64,000 bases of DNA from an uncultured delta proteobacterium (GCA_963712115.1 CAVQGX010000021.1:1-64000), one strand, 5' to 3'; positions 48,928 through 59,720 are shown, counted from the stretch's first letter. Numbers and translations are program-made. The notes: generated by a model from the letters alone, not told the origin.

Positions 48928-49265
48928 GCAAAAACTCATCGAAATTTTAGCCGGTGTGGTTTTCTAATTGACTAATATTTTATTTTTAATATGATATCAA
49001 TATTTTATTGTAAAATCTCTGCCGACTCTTGGCATATAATTTCCCAGTTCCCATTTTTGTTCTCCAACTAAAGACAATATTTTCGTTCTACACTGGTCTG
49101 ATGGATGCAAAGTATTTCTTTATGGTAAGGAGGTGAGAGAGAAGCGAAAAGTTGCTCTATTGAGTCATTTAGAGAATTTTCTCGAGTCTATCATTGGAGA
49201 TGAGAACGAGTTCATCTGAGACTTATGAATTAAGTTTGATGATAAAACAAGAAAGGAGAGGGCCC

Positions 49266-49760
49266 ATGACCAGACTTTTTGTTACTATCGTCGTGACATT
49301 CGCTTTAATCTCTGGAACTGCACTAGCACAGGACACACTGGCAGAAAGAGGACCATTTGGATTGGGAGCGATGTATGGTATGACAGGTCCTAACCCTAGG
49401 TATCTCGCAGGTATTACCGCGAAGTATTTTCTGGATGAGACCAATGCATTTGACGGTGCTGTCCTCCGGCGCCTCAGTTCAAAAGACGACTGTTATATTT
49501 GGGCAGACTACCTGTATCACTTCCGTTCGCTGATTACACTTGAGCAAGGCGAATTGCCAGTCTACTTGGGCATTGGCGGAAGACTAAAGCTTCAAGAGAG
49601 CAACGAGGATAAATTCGGGATTCGATTTCCCGTGGGCCTGGCTTATGAATTTGCAGGCGTGCCTGTTGATGTCTTTGTTGAAGTTGTACCAATATGGGAC
49701 GTGGCGCTCAGCTATGATTTTGATCTCGAAGGAGGTATCGGCGTTAGATTTTATTTCTAG
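49266..49760 (+). CDS. Small outer-membrane beta-barrel protein
   Basis: AAGGAG RBS, signal peptide ending ALA, GIRFPVGL, C-terminal GGIGVRFYF. Confidence 0.85.
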   Translation: MTRLFVTIVVTFALISGTALAQDTLAERGPFGLGAMYGMTGPNPRYLAGITAKYFLDETNAFDGAVLRRLSSKDDCYIWADYLYHFRSLITLEQGELPVYLGIGGRLKLQESNEDKFGIRFPVGLAYEFAGVPVDVFVEVVPIWDVALSYDFDLEGGIGVRFYF

Positions 49761-50188
49761 CTTTGCCTATGGGCAACATGGAATGAAAATCAGACTTTGA
49801 CTAATGACTTCGAGACTAATTGGTAAGGTCCTTAGTTCTATTATCCAGAAAACTGCCACAATCCCAAACTAACGTCCATCCAGGAATTACCGAATGTCAT
49901 TCTGAGCCCTTCGATTTACTCTAGGGTAAACTCCGAGAAGAATCTCATAAATTCAGATCTTACACCTTCGAGATTCTTCGCCCGCCTGCGGCGGACTCAG
50001 AATGAAGTTGTCGAATTGCTGTTTTGTGGAGTTGATACTACGATAAGAACTCCCTGCAAGAAAAACCAAACACTCCCTCTCCCTTGACGGGAGAGGGTTG
50101 GGGTGAGGGTGAAAAGGAGGTATTTTCGATAGATTATATCCCCCTCGCCGTAATTATCCATCCAGAAACCTTCTTATTCTGGGCAATC

Positions 50189-50243
50189 CTTACCATTTCG
50201 TAATACTCTGGTAATCTTTTGGTAAGCCCCTCAGTTGTACTAT
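50189..50243 (+). promoter_or_regulatory. OmpR-family direct-repeat promoter, copy 2
   Basis: CTTACCATTTCGTAATACTCTGGTAATCTTTTGGTAAG-N11-TACTAT. Confidence 0.6.
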
Positions 50244-50479
50244 CCAGAAAACCGGCTACAAAACCAAACTAACGTCCATCCAAAGATTAGCGAATGTCAT
50301 TCTGAGCCCTTCGACAAGCTCAAGATGAACTACGCGAAGAGAGTAATTGTCATCCTGAGTCCCGCCCAGGCGGGACGAAGGATCTCGAGATTCTTCGGCT
50401 GACGCCTCAGAATGACATTAGGAAGTGACACCGGTTAGCCACCGGCGAACAAAAACTTGAAGAAAGAAGGAGGAGTACC

Positions 50480-51500
50480 ATGGTGCAAGAAAAGGACATT
50501 GTTAGACTGGGTTTAACCATTATCATGTTCATTGCTCTACTTGGGCTGGTCAGCACGCCTGCTTTGGCAAAGGGCAACGGCCGGCATGCCCAAAAGGGCC
50601 TGCAGCCAGACCGCGTCGTCGGCCTTCCTCGCCTGCCAATATGAGGTCAAAGACGATTACTGGATTGCCCAGGGAAACTGCTACAACTGTCTGACAAAGA
50701 AGACCAAGCTGAGTGCTTCGACGAGGCGAAAGAGGATTACAAGGAGGCAAGGGAAGAGTGCAAGGCCCAGCTGGAAGCCCGTAAGGATCTCTGTGAGGAG
50801 CTGGGCGAAGCACCCTATGATCCGCAGATCGACCCGGAGGACTTTGTTGATCCCACTACTATCAATTCGTACAAATGCCAACCCCTATTTCCCGCTGGTG
50901 CAGGGCTATGAGTGGGTATACGAAGGCGGTGGCGAGACCATTACCGTAACGGTCACAGAGGAAACTAAAGAAATCCTTGGTGTAAAGTGTCGCGTTGTCA
51001 AAGATGTCGTGACGGAATGAAGACGGATGAAGGATCATGATCGAAGACACAGATGACTGGTACGCCCAGGACAAAGATGGCAACGTCTGGTACTTCGGCG
51101 AGTTTTCGTTGGCGAAAGAAGAATGTGAACCTGAAGAACTGTGCGAAGGACTATATAACAACGATGGCTCGTGGAAAGCTGGATATGCGTCCGCCAAACC
51201 AGGTTACCTGGTGAAGATCCGTCCCCGGAGGTAGAATGACATATACCGCCAGGAATTTGCTCTTGGGGATGCCGAGGATTGGGCTAAAGTGCTGAGCTGT
51301 TAGAAGCACTAGCGGCGGATGCTAGGCTATATACCTGTACAGCAACAGCGACGGGTGCATGCAAACTGAGGAGGGCACGCCCATTGAACCAGACGTCAGT
51401 GAGTACAAGTTCTACAAACCGGGCATCGGGCTGTATCTTGGAAGTTAATCCTGAAACCGGCGAGCGGGTGGAACTTACAGGTTTCAATGCCTCACCCCTA
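50480..51500 (+). pseudogene. Multiply frameshifted secreted protein of unknown function
   Basis: AGGAGG RBS, signal peptide, then fragments in alternating frames: ACSQTA.., ECFDEAK..DLCEELG, NPYFPL, DWYAQDKDGNVWYFGE, GSWKAG, YRQEF, NPETGERVEL; 3' end approximate. Confidence 0.7.
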
Positions 51501-51810
51501 ACTGTAACAAAACATGTTTGGCCCGCCAAAAAGGCGGGCCTTGCTCCGAACTTCACCGGTGCCCACAGCGTAAAAGGCCGCAGCTTGTAGTGGGCTAAAT
51601 GTGGTCACGGCTCGCTGAGGTTGACGGCATGTGGCGGCTGTGACGATGAGAACTGAAGGATAATGGATACTTATCGCGAAATTCCGGGCCCTGGCTTCGG
51701 CCGGGGCTCGGGGTATTTCCAAAGGTAGCAAGAAAATCAATTCTGTAGATGCTATTCGTAGAGAAATAATACGGCACCATATTGATGCCAGACGATTTAT
51801 CTAACTGGTG

Positions 51811-51912
51811 CTTATCCGGAAACACCATACTTTCCTCCCCCTTGACGGGGGAGGATTGAGGTGGGGGTGATCCCCCTCCCCTGCGGGAGGGAAAAGGAGG
51901 TTTCCGGATAAG
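51811..51912. mobile_element. MITE-like element with perfect 13-bp terminal inverted repeats
   Basis: CTTATCCGGAAAC ... GTTTCCGGATAAG enclosing CCTCCCCCTTGACGGGGGAGG hairpins. Confidence 0.65.
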
Positions 51913-51926
51913 ACTAACTAATATTG

Positions 51927-52524
51927 ATGATAATTTACAGATATCTAAATAGTGTAATCCAACAAATACCTAAACAAGTTCTCATAGCTGCTTTTCATAC
52001 TCACCTTCGGCTGTAATTTGGCACAGGCAACCAAAGCTAGCCTGCAGAACATAGTCTTGGATAGCAAGAATGAAAATCTTACTCTCAGTTTCAAATTAGA
52101 AGATGCTTTTTCTGAACAAATGAAAGAAGTCATTCTAAGTGGAACATCCATCACTTTCACATTTTTTGTTGTATTACGGGAGATCAAGGATTTTTGGGTG
52201 GACAAGAAGATAATCGATATAAAAATCGATCACATGCTCAAATACAACGTTTTGAAAAAAGAATTCGTTATCAAAAGATCATGGGAAATTGATGAGGTCT
52301 TGATTACCGACTCTTTTGTCGAAGCTCAGAACTTAATGGCCGCAATTAGCAGCCTAAAAATTCTTCCCTTCAACTGGCTGGAGAATGGCAACCGTTACCA
52401 AATAGCAATCAAGGCCGAACTCAGCAAAGCCAACCTGCCTCTCAATTCGAGACCTGTGGTGTTTTTCTCTCCTCCCTGGGGTTTTGAAACAGATTGGTAT
52501 ATACTGGATTTCAATCGCTCATAG
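51927..52524 (+). CDS. DUF4390-like periplasmic protein (apparent +1 frameshift at the T-run 51992-51995)
   Basis: WGFETDWY C-terminal motif; removing one T joins ATG 51927 to a signal peptide VLIAAFILTFGCNLAQA. Confidence 0.7.
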
Positions 52525-52538
52525 AAGAGGTAGTTCCC

Positions 52539-53216
52539 ATGCGTCTCCTGTTGGTTGAGGATGATTTGAAGCTTGCCTCCTTCATATCAAAGGGACTCAG
52601 AGAGGCCGGCTTTGCCGTGGACCACTGCGCGGATGGAGAGGATGGCCTGCATATGGCCTCAACTGAACCTTACGATGCTGCCATTATTGACATAATGCTA
52701 CCCAAACTTGACGGTCTTTCTCTAATAGATGAACTGCGAAAGATTAAGAACAACACACCTGTAATTATTTTGAGCGCAAAACGCTCGGTAGATGATCGGA
52801 TCAGGGGACTGCAGGCGGGTGGCGACGATTATCTGGTCAAGCCTTTTTCTTTTGCTGAGCTTCTGGCACGGGTTCAGGCACTGGTCCGCAGGGCTAGCGG
52901 GACAGCAGAGCCTACCACCCTGGTAGTAGGTGACCTTTCCATGGATATTCGCACCCACAAGGTTGAGAGAGGGGGAAAGAAGATCGATCTCCCACCCCTG
53001 GAGTTCTCCCTACTCGAGTACCTTATGCGCAACGCAGGAAATGTCGTTTCCAAGACCATGATTATGGAACACGTCTGGGATTATAACTTCGACCCGCAGA
53101 CGAACGTGGTGGAGGTTCGCATATGTAAACTGCGGGAGAAGATTGATAAAGATTTTGAAGAGAAGCTGATTCATACCGTCTATGGAGCCGGTTATGTACT
53201 TGAGCAAGATTCTTAG
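52539..53216 (+). CDS. OmpR-family response regulator (CusR/CzcR-like)
   Basis: LLVEDD, DIMLP, DDYLVKPF, VWDYNFDPQTNVVEV, IHTVYGAGY. Confidence 0.95.
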   Translation: MRLLLVEDDLKLASFISKGLREAGFAVDHCADGEDGLHMASTEPYDAAIIDIMLPKLDGLSLIDELRKIKNNTPVIILSAKRSVDDRIRGLQAGGDDYLVKPFSFAELLARVQALVRRASGTAEPTTLVVGDLSMDIRTHKVERGGKKIDLPPLEFSLLEYLMRNAGNVVSKTMIMEHVWDYNFDPQTNVVEVRICKLREKIDKDFEEKLIHTVYGAGYVLEQDS

Positions 53217-54627
53217 GCCCCCTAGCACGCTGGCGGCTCGATTAGCCCTCTGGTATGCGGGGATATTCACCATATCGACCCTCGTGGCCTTTGGGGCCTT
53301 CTACTTAGTGATCTCTACAGTGCTCAGTGAGCGTGGGGACCAGGACCTTATGAAAGATGTGCAAGAGTATTCCGCCATGCTAGCCGCAGAAGGGATTGAC
53401 AGGGTCAAGGCTGAGATGGCCTGGGAGGCTTTATCTGACGGCCAGGAACATATCTTTCTGCGTCTCCTATCTACGGATGGCAAGGAACTGGCCGCAACAG
53501 ACATGTCAGCCTGGCGGAGCGTAGGTACAGGTAGCAGTGCATTGGAGAAGTTGAAAAGGGGTGCAGATTACGTTCTAGAGACACTTGATCTCGCGGAACA
53601 GGAGTTTAAAGTTCGCACTGTCTACGGCAGCATCGGGCCTGACCTGGTTTTGCAGATAGGGGAGTCATTAGAGGAAGACACGGAATTTCTAGAATTACAT
53701 CGTACAGTATTTATCCCACTGATGGCTGTCATGGTAATCATTGCCGCTATAGTTGGTTGGCTCATGGCCAGACGTGCTTTGACCGGTGTTGAGGAGGTAA
53801 CTCAAACAGCAGTCCAGATTTCAAAGGGTGCATTAGACAAACGCGTTCCCTTTAAGGCCAGAGGCAACGAAATCGAACGCCTTGCAACTACTTTCAATTA
53901 CATGCTCGATCGCATCAATCTGTTGATCAAGGGAATGAGAGAGATGAGCGACAATATTGCTCACGACTTGAGAAGCCCCCTTGCAAGAATTCGCGGCGTT
54001 GCTGAAATGGCACTGACCAGCTCTGCCACTGAAGAAGAGCACAAAGCAATGGCCGGTAGCATGTTAGAGGAATGTGATCGTCTCTTGGGAATGATCAACG
54101 CCATGCTGGATATTGCAGAAGCTGAGTCAGGAGCAGGCGAGACTAAATTGGAAGAAGTTGACCTTGTCAACATAATACAACGTGCCTGTGAGTTATTTCA
54201 GGCTATAGCAGAGGAGAATTCGGTAACAATCGCTGCTGACTTACCTGAAAATTGTCTGGTCTACGGAGAGGCTAGAAAGTTTCAACGAATGGTTGCCAAT
54301 CTCCTCGACAATGCCTTGAAGTTCACTCCACCGCAAGGGACTGTGACGGTTTCGCTCAAAGCGGATAACGGGCAGGTCGCAATTTCAGTGAGCGATACTG
54401 GTATCGGCATATCTGAGGATGATCTCCCCCACATCTTTAAACGATTTTACCGGTGTGATAATAGTCGGGCACAGCAAGGTACCGGTCTTGGACTGAGCCT
54501 GGTTAAGGCACTTGCCGGATCCCTCGGTGGAAGTGTCAATGCTACAAGTCACCTTGGTGAAGGTAGCACCTTCACGGTAACCCTTCCTCAAATGCCTCTT
54601 TCTCACCAATTCCAGCCTGCTAGGTAG
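53194..54627 (+). CDS. Sensor histidine kinase (HAMP, CusS-like)
   Basis: Two TM helices, AHDLRSPL, NLLDNALKF, DTGIG, GTGLGL. Confidence 0.94.
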   Translation: MYLSKILRPPSTLAARLALWYAGIFTISTLVAFGAFYLVISTVLSERGDQDLMKDVQEYSAMLAAEGIDRVKAEMAWEALSDGQEHIFLRLLSTDGKELAATDMSAWRSVGTGSSALEKLKRGADYVLETLDLAEQEFKVRTVYGSIGPDLVLQIGESLEEDTEFLELHRTVFIPLMAVMVIIAAIVGWLMARRALTGVEEVTQTAVQISKGALDKRVPFKARGNEIERLATTFNYMLDRINLLIKGMREMSDNIAHDLRSPLARIRGVAEMALTSSATEEEHKAMAGSMLEECDRLLGMINAMLDIAEAESGAGETKLEEVDLVNIIQRACELFQAIAEENSVTIAADLPENCLVYGEARKFQRMVANLLDNALKFTPPQGTVTVSLKADNGQVAISVSDTGIGISEDDLPHIFKRFYRCDNSRAQQGTGLGLSLVKALAGSLGGSVNATSHLGEGSTFTVTLPQMPLSHQFQPAR

Positions 54628-54713
54628 CATGTCCTTTGGCCCTCTTTTTGCAAGACGTATTCAAGGTAATCACCTTTGGCGCAGGAGGTAAAAAGCACAG
54701 CAGGAGGGGCACC

Positions 54714-55169
54714 ATGGCGCAAAAGATTTTGGTAGTGGATGATGAACCAACCGTAAGGGATTTTCTCAACGACTTCTTTACCGAAGAGGGCTATAAGGTA
54801 TTACAGGCCTCAAACGGCGAGCAAGCCATACTCTTGGCGGAAATAGAGAGTCCGGAAGTAATTCTGTTGGACATACATATGCCCGGTATTGATGGCATAG
54901 AAGTTTGCAAGAGATTAAAAGCGCAGAAAAAAACTCGCTACATTCCAATCATCATAATAACTGGCCTCGATGACAGAGGTTTCATAGCCTATCTAGAGGG
55001 AGCCGATGATTTTGTCACCAAACCTTTCAATCCTGTTGAACTTACTTTTCGGGTAAGGTCGATGCACCGCATCAGGCGACTGAATACAGAGCTTCTCCTT
55101 GCCCAGGGTTACATAGGGCAACTAGAAAAAGAACTTTTCAAGCTTCAAGGAAGCGACTCCATAGATTGA
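54714..55169 (+). CDS. Single-domain response regulator with short helical tail
   Basis: ILVVDDE, LLDIHMP, DDFVTKPF. Confidence 0.9.
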   Translation: MAQKILVVDDEPTVRDFLNDFFTEEGYKVLQASNGEQAILLAEIESPEVILLDIHMPGIDGIEVCKRLKAQKKTRYIPIIIITGLDDRGFIAYLEGADDFVTKPFNPVELTFRVRSMHRIRRLNTELLLAQGYIGQLEKELFKLQGSDSID

Positions 55170-55261
55170 TCGTCATTATTATCAAGACTAACACCAGCTC
55201 GCTCTCTACCAGAGTGAGCCTGAGCCGCGGTTTTTCTTGACCCGTCTTTTGTCTGTCACAC

Positions 55262-55312
55262 AAAAAAGCCTCTTGGAGAAGCACACTTTCGCTAGCTCCA
55301 AGAGGCTAAAAA
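55262..55312. terminator. Bidirectional terminator-like hairpin
   Basis: AAAAAAGCCTCTTGGAG ... CTCCAAGAGGCT between convergent genes. Confidence 0.65.
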
Positions 55313-55359
55313 TATCTCGCTCTCAGCCGTCCCGGATATTATAAACATGCAATTATAAA

Positions 55360-55421
55360 CTGACCGCTGATTGCTGATAGCTGATCACGCTCATCCGAAA
55401 ACAGCGTATTCGGATGAGCAC
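55360..55421. repeat. GCTGA(T/C)-heptamer plus GCTCATCCGAAAAC palindrome element; inverted relative at 59563-59720
   Basis: CTGACCGCTGATTGCTGATAGCTGATCACGCTCATCCGAAAAC..TTCGGATGAGC. Confidence 0.7.
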
Positions 55422-55443
55422 TAACTAGAAAATCTGTGAATTT

Positions 55444-55713
55444 CTATTTCACTGCATCCTTTAAAGCCTTTCCCGCGACAAATCGGGGAGCCTTGCGTGC
55501 CGCAATGTGAAGCGGTGCGCCGGTCTGAGGATTCCTCCCCTGCCTCGCCTTCCTTTGTTGAACCTTGAAAGTTCCGAAACCTACCAGGGTAACCGCCTGA
55601 CCCCTTCTCAATGCTCCGGTGATAGCAGAGAAAACGCGGTCTACCGCAGCCTGGGCCTCTTTTTTTGTCTTGACCACCTTGGCTACCTCATTAACCAGAT
55701 CGGCCTTATTCAT
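55444..55713 (-). CDS. hup: HU family DNA-binding protein
   Basis: [30 protein letters not shown]. Confidence 0.97.
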   Translation of the reverse strand: MNKADLVNEVAKVVKTKKEAQAAVDRVFSAITGALRRGQAVTLVGFGTFKVQQRKARQGRNPQTGAPLHIAARKAPRFVAGKALKDAVK

Positions 55714-55939
55714 GTCCTCCTCCTGTGCTAAGGTTTAACGCCGAGCGCTAATTTGGAGGACATATAGCGGGTTGTGAGATGTTTGTCAATAGCGGGTCTA
55801 TTTCGAGGGCCTATAATATTAGCTCGAAAAGTCGAAAAAATAGGTTGGATGGGTATGAAGATCTTGACAAGAATTATAGTTTGTGCTAAAAATCACTTTC
55901 ACTTATTCGATAAGTAGTGCCACTAATGAGGTGGATAAA

Positions 55940-56473
55940 ATGGAGGTGGGAATGGGTGCAGCCTTGGAAGTCTTGAAATTTAAGTGGTTTATAATGAGTC
56001 GTTTCTTCAGATATTTTTTGTGGATAGTTTTGGGTTCAAACATCTTGTGGTATTTTTTCGGTTCTATCTGGCCTTACTATTGGAATATGCTTGCATCTTT
56101 GCTCATTCCTTTCGGTGTGTGTCTGATCACCAGCAGATCCACCGATGAAGCCGCCAGCTGCCTTTGTGGTTGGGGGCGAGAAGATACGTCCCAACAAGAT
56201 TGGCTTGCTGGAGAGATGAATAAGATTCGATTACTCAAGGGGCAGCGAAATTTTGACAAGGCTTTTGCCTTAGTAAATGATTTGCTGGATAAGGTACCTA
56301 ATTTCCCCGAAGCCCTCTATCTCAAAGGACATTTGCTCTGGGAAGGATTCAAGAACCCTTGGGCTGCGGAGAAGTGTTTCAGGAGAGTTGTCGAGCTGAC
56401 CGAAGATAACCAGCCAGTCCACAGGTGGGCTTCGAGCTGCCTTTCGGGCCTCTACAGCAAAGTTAGCTATTAA
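55940..56473 (+). CDS. Membrane-anchored TPR-like protein
   Basis: Two N-terminal hydrophobic segments; PNFPEALYLKG helical repeat; start uncertain. Confidence 0.6.
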   Translation: MEVGMGAALEVLKFKWFIMSRFFRYFLWIVLGSNILWYFFGSIWPYYWNMLASLLIPFGVCLITSRSTDEAASCLCGWGREDTSQQDWLAGEMNKIRLLKGQRNFDKAFALVNDLLDKVPNFPEALYLKGHLLWEGFKNPWAAEKCFRRVVELTEDNQPVHRWASSCLSGLYSKVSY

Positions 56474-56485
56474 GGGATGGGGGGA

Positions 56486-57874
56486 TTACTGCTCTCGCAA
56501 GGCTGCGATGAGTTCTCGCACCATTGCCTTGCCGTCGCCATAGAGCATGAGAGCATTGGGGGCGGCAAAAAGGGGATTAGGAATACCGGCAAATCCAGGG
56601 CTCAAACTCCTTTTGATGATCATCACCGTTTGAGCCTTGTCTACATCCATAATAGGCATGCCGTAAATAGGGCTGGTTTTATCCTCTCGTGCAGAGGGGT
56701 TGACCACGTCATTGGCTCCGATGACCAGAGCCACATCAGCTTCCGGAAAACTGTCATTAATATCTTCTAAAGCAAAAAGCTGATCATAAGGGACGTCTGC
56801 TTCTGCTAGAAGCACGTTCATGTGACCTGGCATGCGACCGGCCACCGGATGAATTGCATAGCGAACCTCTGCCCCTTTCTCCTGAAGAAGGTTGGCCAGA
56901 TCTCGGACCGAATGCTGTGCCTGGGCTACGGCCATGCCATATCCTGGCACAATAATTACCAACCGTGCCGTTTCGAAGATCATGGCCGCTTCTTCAGCGC
57001 TGGCACTCTTGACTTTGCCTCCGTATACCTCATCAGCAGAGGCGGTTTCTGCAGTGGGTCCAAGGGTGCCGAATAACACGTGGGTCAACGACCTGTTCAT
57101 AGCTTTGCACATTATACTGGTCAGGATCAGTCCTGAGGCACCTACCAGAGAACCGGCGATGATCAGTACGTTGTTGCCGAGCACAAATCCAGTAGCGCAG
57201 GCTGCCAGCCCAGAGTAGGAATTGAGCAAAGCAATGACCACCGGCATGTCTGCACCACCAATCGGTACAGTGATCATCACCCCGAGAACCGAGGCCACAG
57301 CCACGAGCAACCAATAGGCCCAGAAACCCGTAGGGTTAATTACCACAAGTGCCCCCAGAGCCATGGCTGACAAAAACAGGGTTCCGTTGATTGTTTTCTG
57401 TAAGGAATCGCTTTTGGGCTGCCAGCGGAGTACTCCCTGCAATTTTCCCCAGGCCACCATACTACCGGTAAAAGTAGCAGCACCAATAAGACCACTGGCT
57501 GCAGTGGCCACATAGAGCTGGGTTGGCGGTACGTTGGTAAGATTACCAGGGGCGAGCAAGGCAGTTGCGGCAACCAAAGCAGAGGCGCCACCGCCAAACC
57601 CATTGAACGCTGCGACCATCTGTGGCATGGCGGTCATCTCTACTTTGAGGGCCAGATAAGTACCTATGGCTCCTCCTACGACCAGGCCGATGATGATGAG
57701 TTGAAAAGTAACGATTTGCTGGTCCAGCAGGGTGGCCACCACGGCAAGGAGCATGCCGAGAGCACCGATCATATTACCGCGAGGTGCAGTACGGGGAGAG
57801 GCCAGACCTTTGAGACCCAGAATGAAGCAAACCGAGGCAACCAGGTAAACTATGTTGATCAGGCTAATTCCCAT
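56486..57874 (-). CDS. pntB: NAD(P) transhydrogenase beta subunit
   Basis: MTAMPQMVA, IGGADMPV, HPVAGRMPGHMNVLLAEA, GANDVVNP. Confidence 0.97.
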   Translation of the reverse strand: MGISLINIVYLVASVCFILGLKGLASPRTAPRGNMIGALGMLLAVVATLLDQQIVTFQLIIIGLVVGGAIGTYLALKVEMTAMPQMVAAFNGFGGGASALVAATALLAPGNLTNVPPTQLYVATAASGLIGAATFTGSMVAWGKLQGVLRWQPKSDSLQKTINGTLFLSAMALGALVVINPTGFWAYWLLVAVASVLGVMITVPIGGADMPVVIALLNSYSGLAACATGFVLGNNVLIIAGSLVGASGLILTSIMCKAMNRSLTHVLFGTLGPTAETASADEVYGGKVKSASAEEAAMIFETARLVIIVPGYGMAVAQAQHSVRDLANLLQEKGAEVRYAIHPVAGRMPGHMNVLLAEADVPYDQLFALEDINDSFPEADVALVIGANDVVNPSAREDKTSPIYGMPIMDVDKAQTVMIIKRSLSPGFAGIPNPLFAAPNALMLYGDGKAMVRELIAALREQ

Positions 57875-58155
57875 TATTTTTTCTTCTTAAACATCAAGAG
57901 CATCCGATTGGTGACCAAAAAGCCTCCCACCACATTGATGGTGGCCATGATAACCGCTGCACAACCGAGGACAGCGGCTATGGTAGATTCCTTTGAGCCC
58001 GCTGCCACAAGAGCCCCAACCACAGTGATACCGGAGATGGCATTGGCTCCTGACATGAGGGGGGTGTGCAGAGTGGGGGGTACTTTGGTGATTACCTCGA
58101 AGCCAACAAATATGGCGAGGACAAAGACGGTAATATAAATGATGAAAGCTTCCAT
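57874..58155 (-). CDS. pntA: NAD(P) transhydrogenase alpha-2 (membrane) subunit
   Basis: LHTPLMSGANAISG, NVVGGF..RML. Confidence 0.95.
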   Translation of the reverse strand: MEAFIIYITVFVLAIFVGFEVITKVPPTLHTPLMSGANAISGITVVGALVAAGSKESTIAAVLGCAAVIMATINVVGGFLVTNRMLLMFKKKK

Positions 58156-58167
58156 GATTATTTCTTT

Positions 58168-59323
58168 CTATCCCAGAGCATTCAAGACGGCCTGATGAAC
58201 CAACTTTCCTCCGTGAGCTACCATTGCTCCTTTGGTAATTTCGTCCTCAAGATCCAGTTCCAGCTCTTCCTTCCTTGACCATGTGAAGGAGAAAAGTTGA
58301 GATGTTTTTGGCATACATCTGGCTCGCATGCACGGGAACTTGTGCCGAAATATTCAGTGGCCCAATGACAATCACACCTTTATGGACAATCTTTTCACCC
58401 GGCTTGGTGACGGCACAATTGCCGCCTTTGTCGGCAGCTATATCGACAATAACCGACCCTGGTCGCATGGAGGCCACCACTTCTTCTGAAATTAAAACCG
58501 GAGATTTCTTTCCCGGAACCGCCGCAGTGGTGATGACCACGTCTGAGTTCTTGATGCGTTCGGCCATGAGTTCTTGCTGCCGCTGGTAGAAGTCTTCTGA
58601 TTGGGCCTTAGCATAACCCCCTGAATCTTGAGCTTCCTCGGTTGCTAGTTCTAACTGAACAAATTTGGCTCCTAAACTTTCCACTTCTTCCTTTACCACT
58701 GGGCGGATGTCAAAAGCCTCTACCACAGCACCTAAACGACGGGCGGTGGCAATAGCCTGCAGTCCTGCCACGCCAGCGCCAAGTATAAAAACACGGGAGG
58801 GAGTAATGGTGCCAGCAGCTGTCATGAACATAGGGAATAGTTTGGGGGAAGCATCAGCCGCAGCCAGCACCGCCTTGTATCCGGCAATAGTTGCCATGGA
58901 ACTGAGGGCATCCATACTTTGGGCCCGGGTGGTGCGAGGCATGAGCTCCATGGAAAAGACGGTGAGCTTACGCTCAGCCAGCTCCTTCATGATCTCCGGC
59001 TGGGCCAAAGGTTCGGTGAAAGAAATGAGAGTGGCGCCTTCCTTTAGTGCATCAAGGTCGGCAGCTGGAAAATCAGGGTAAGATCCCGGCCCCCGAACCA
59101 TGAGGACTATGTCTGCCTGGGCCAGGAGACTATGGCGATCTTGTTCAACCCGGGCGCCTTGGGCCTCAAAGTCCTTGTCTGCACTATTAGCGGACTCACC
59201 AGCCCCTGCCTCAATTGCCACTTCAAGACCTGCCTTGATCAAAGCAGGAACTGTTTGGGGAATGAGCGCTACTCGTCTTTCTCCCGGATAGATTTCTTTG
59301 GGGACAGCAACTAACATTTTCAT
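58168..59323 (-). CDS. pntA: NAD(P) transhydrogenase alpha-1 subunit (apparent +1 frameshift near 58267)
   Basis: ERRVAL, RAQSMDALSS, GAGVAGLQA, GGNC; correction restores ELELDLEDEITKGAMVAHGG...LG-stop. Confidence 0.93.
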
Positions 59324-59437
59324 TCTTCTGAGGATTAGTTGCAAGATCTAAAAGCAGCTATCGAAAATAGTAGGATTTCTTGAAAGGGTCAACCATTAAA
59401 TTGACCAAATGAACGTTTTTTTCTTTGAAGTTACAGA

Positions 59438-59455
59438 TAGTTAACAGTTTCACAA
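59438..59455. promoter_or_regulatory. Rex-like operator upstream of pntA
   Basis: TAGTTAA-CAGT-TTCACAA, 2 mismatches to TTGTGAA-N4-TTCACAA. Confidence 0.45.
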
Positions 59456-59720
59456 ACAGTTTTAGCTTTACTTACAAAACCTTCTGTCCGGAAAAAGAGG
59501 TTTTAGGTTTTAACCAATTACCTATTACCTATCACCCATAACCTTAGACAGGCTTAATTAATGCTCATCCGAAAACGGCCGTTTTCAGATGAGCGCGATC
59601 AGCTATCAGCGCTCAGCCATCAGAAAAACACATGTAAACAGAACATATTAAACTGATCCCGCCTGGGCGGGACTGAATGCTGACAGCTCTATCCGGAAAT
59701 CTCGGATTTCCGGATGGAGA

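Noticed and set aside
49127-49138. Strong AAGGAGGTGA Shine-Dalgarno sequence
   Set aside because: No suitably spaced start codon or ORF follows; at most a remnant.
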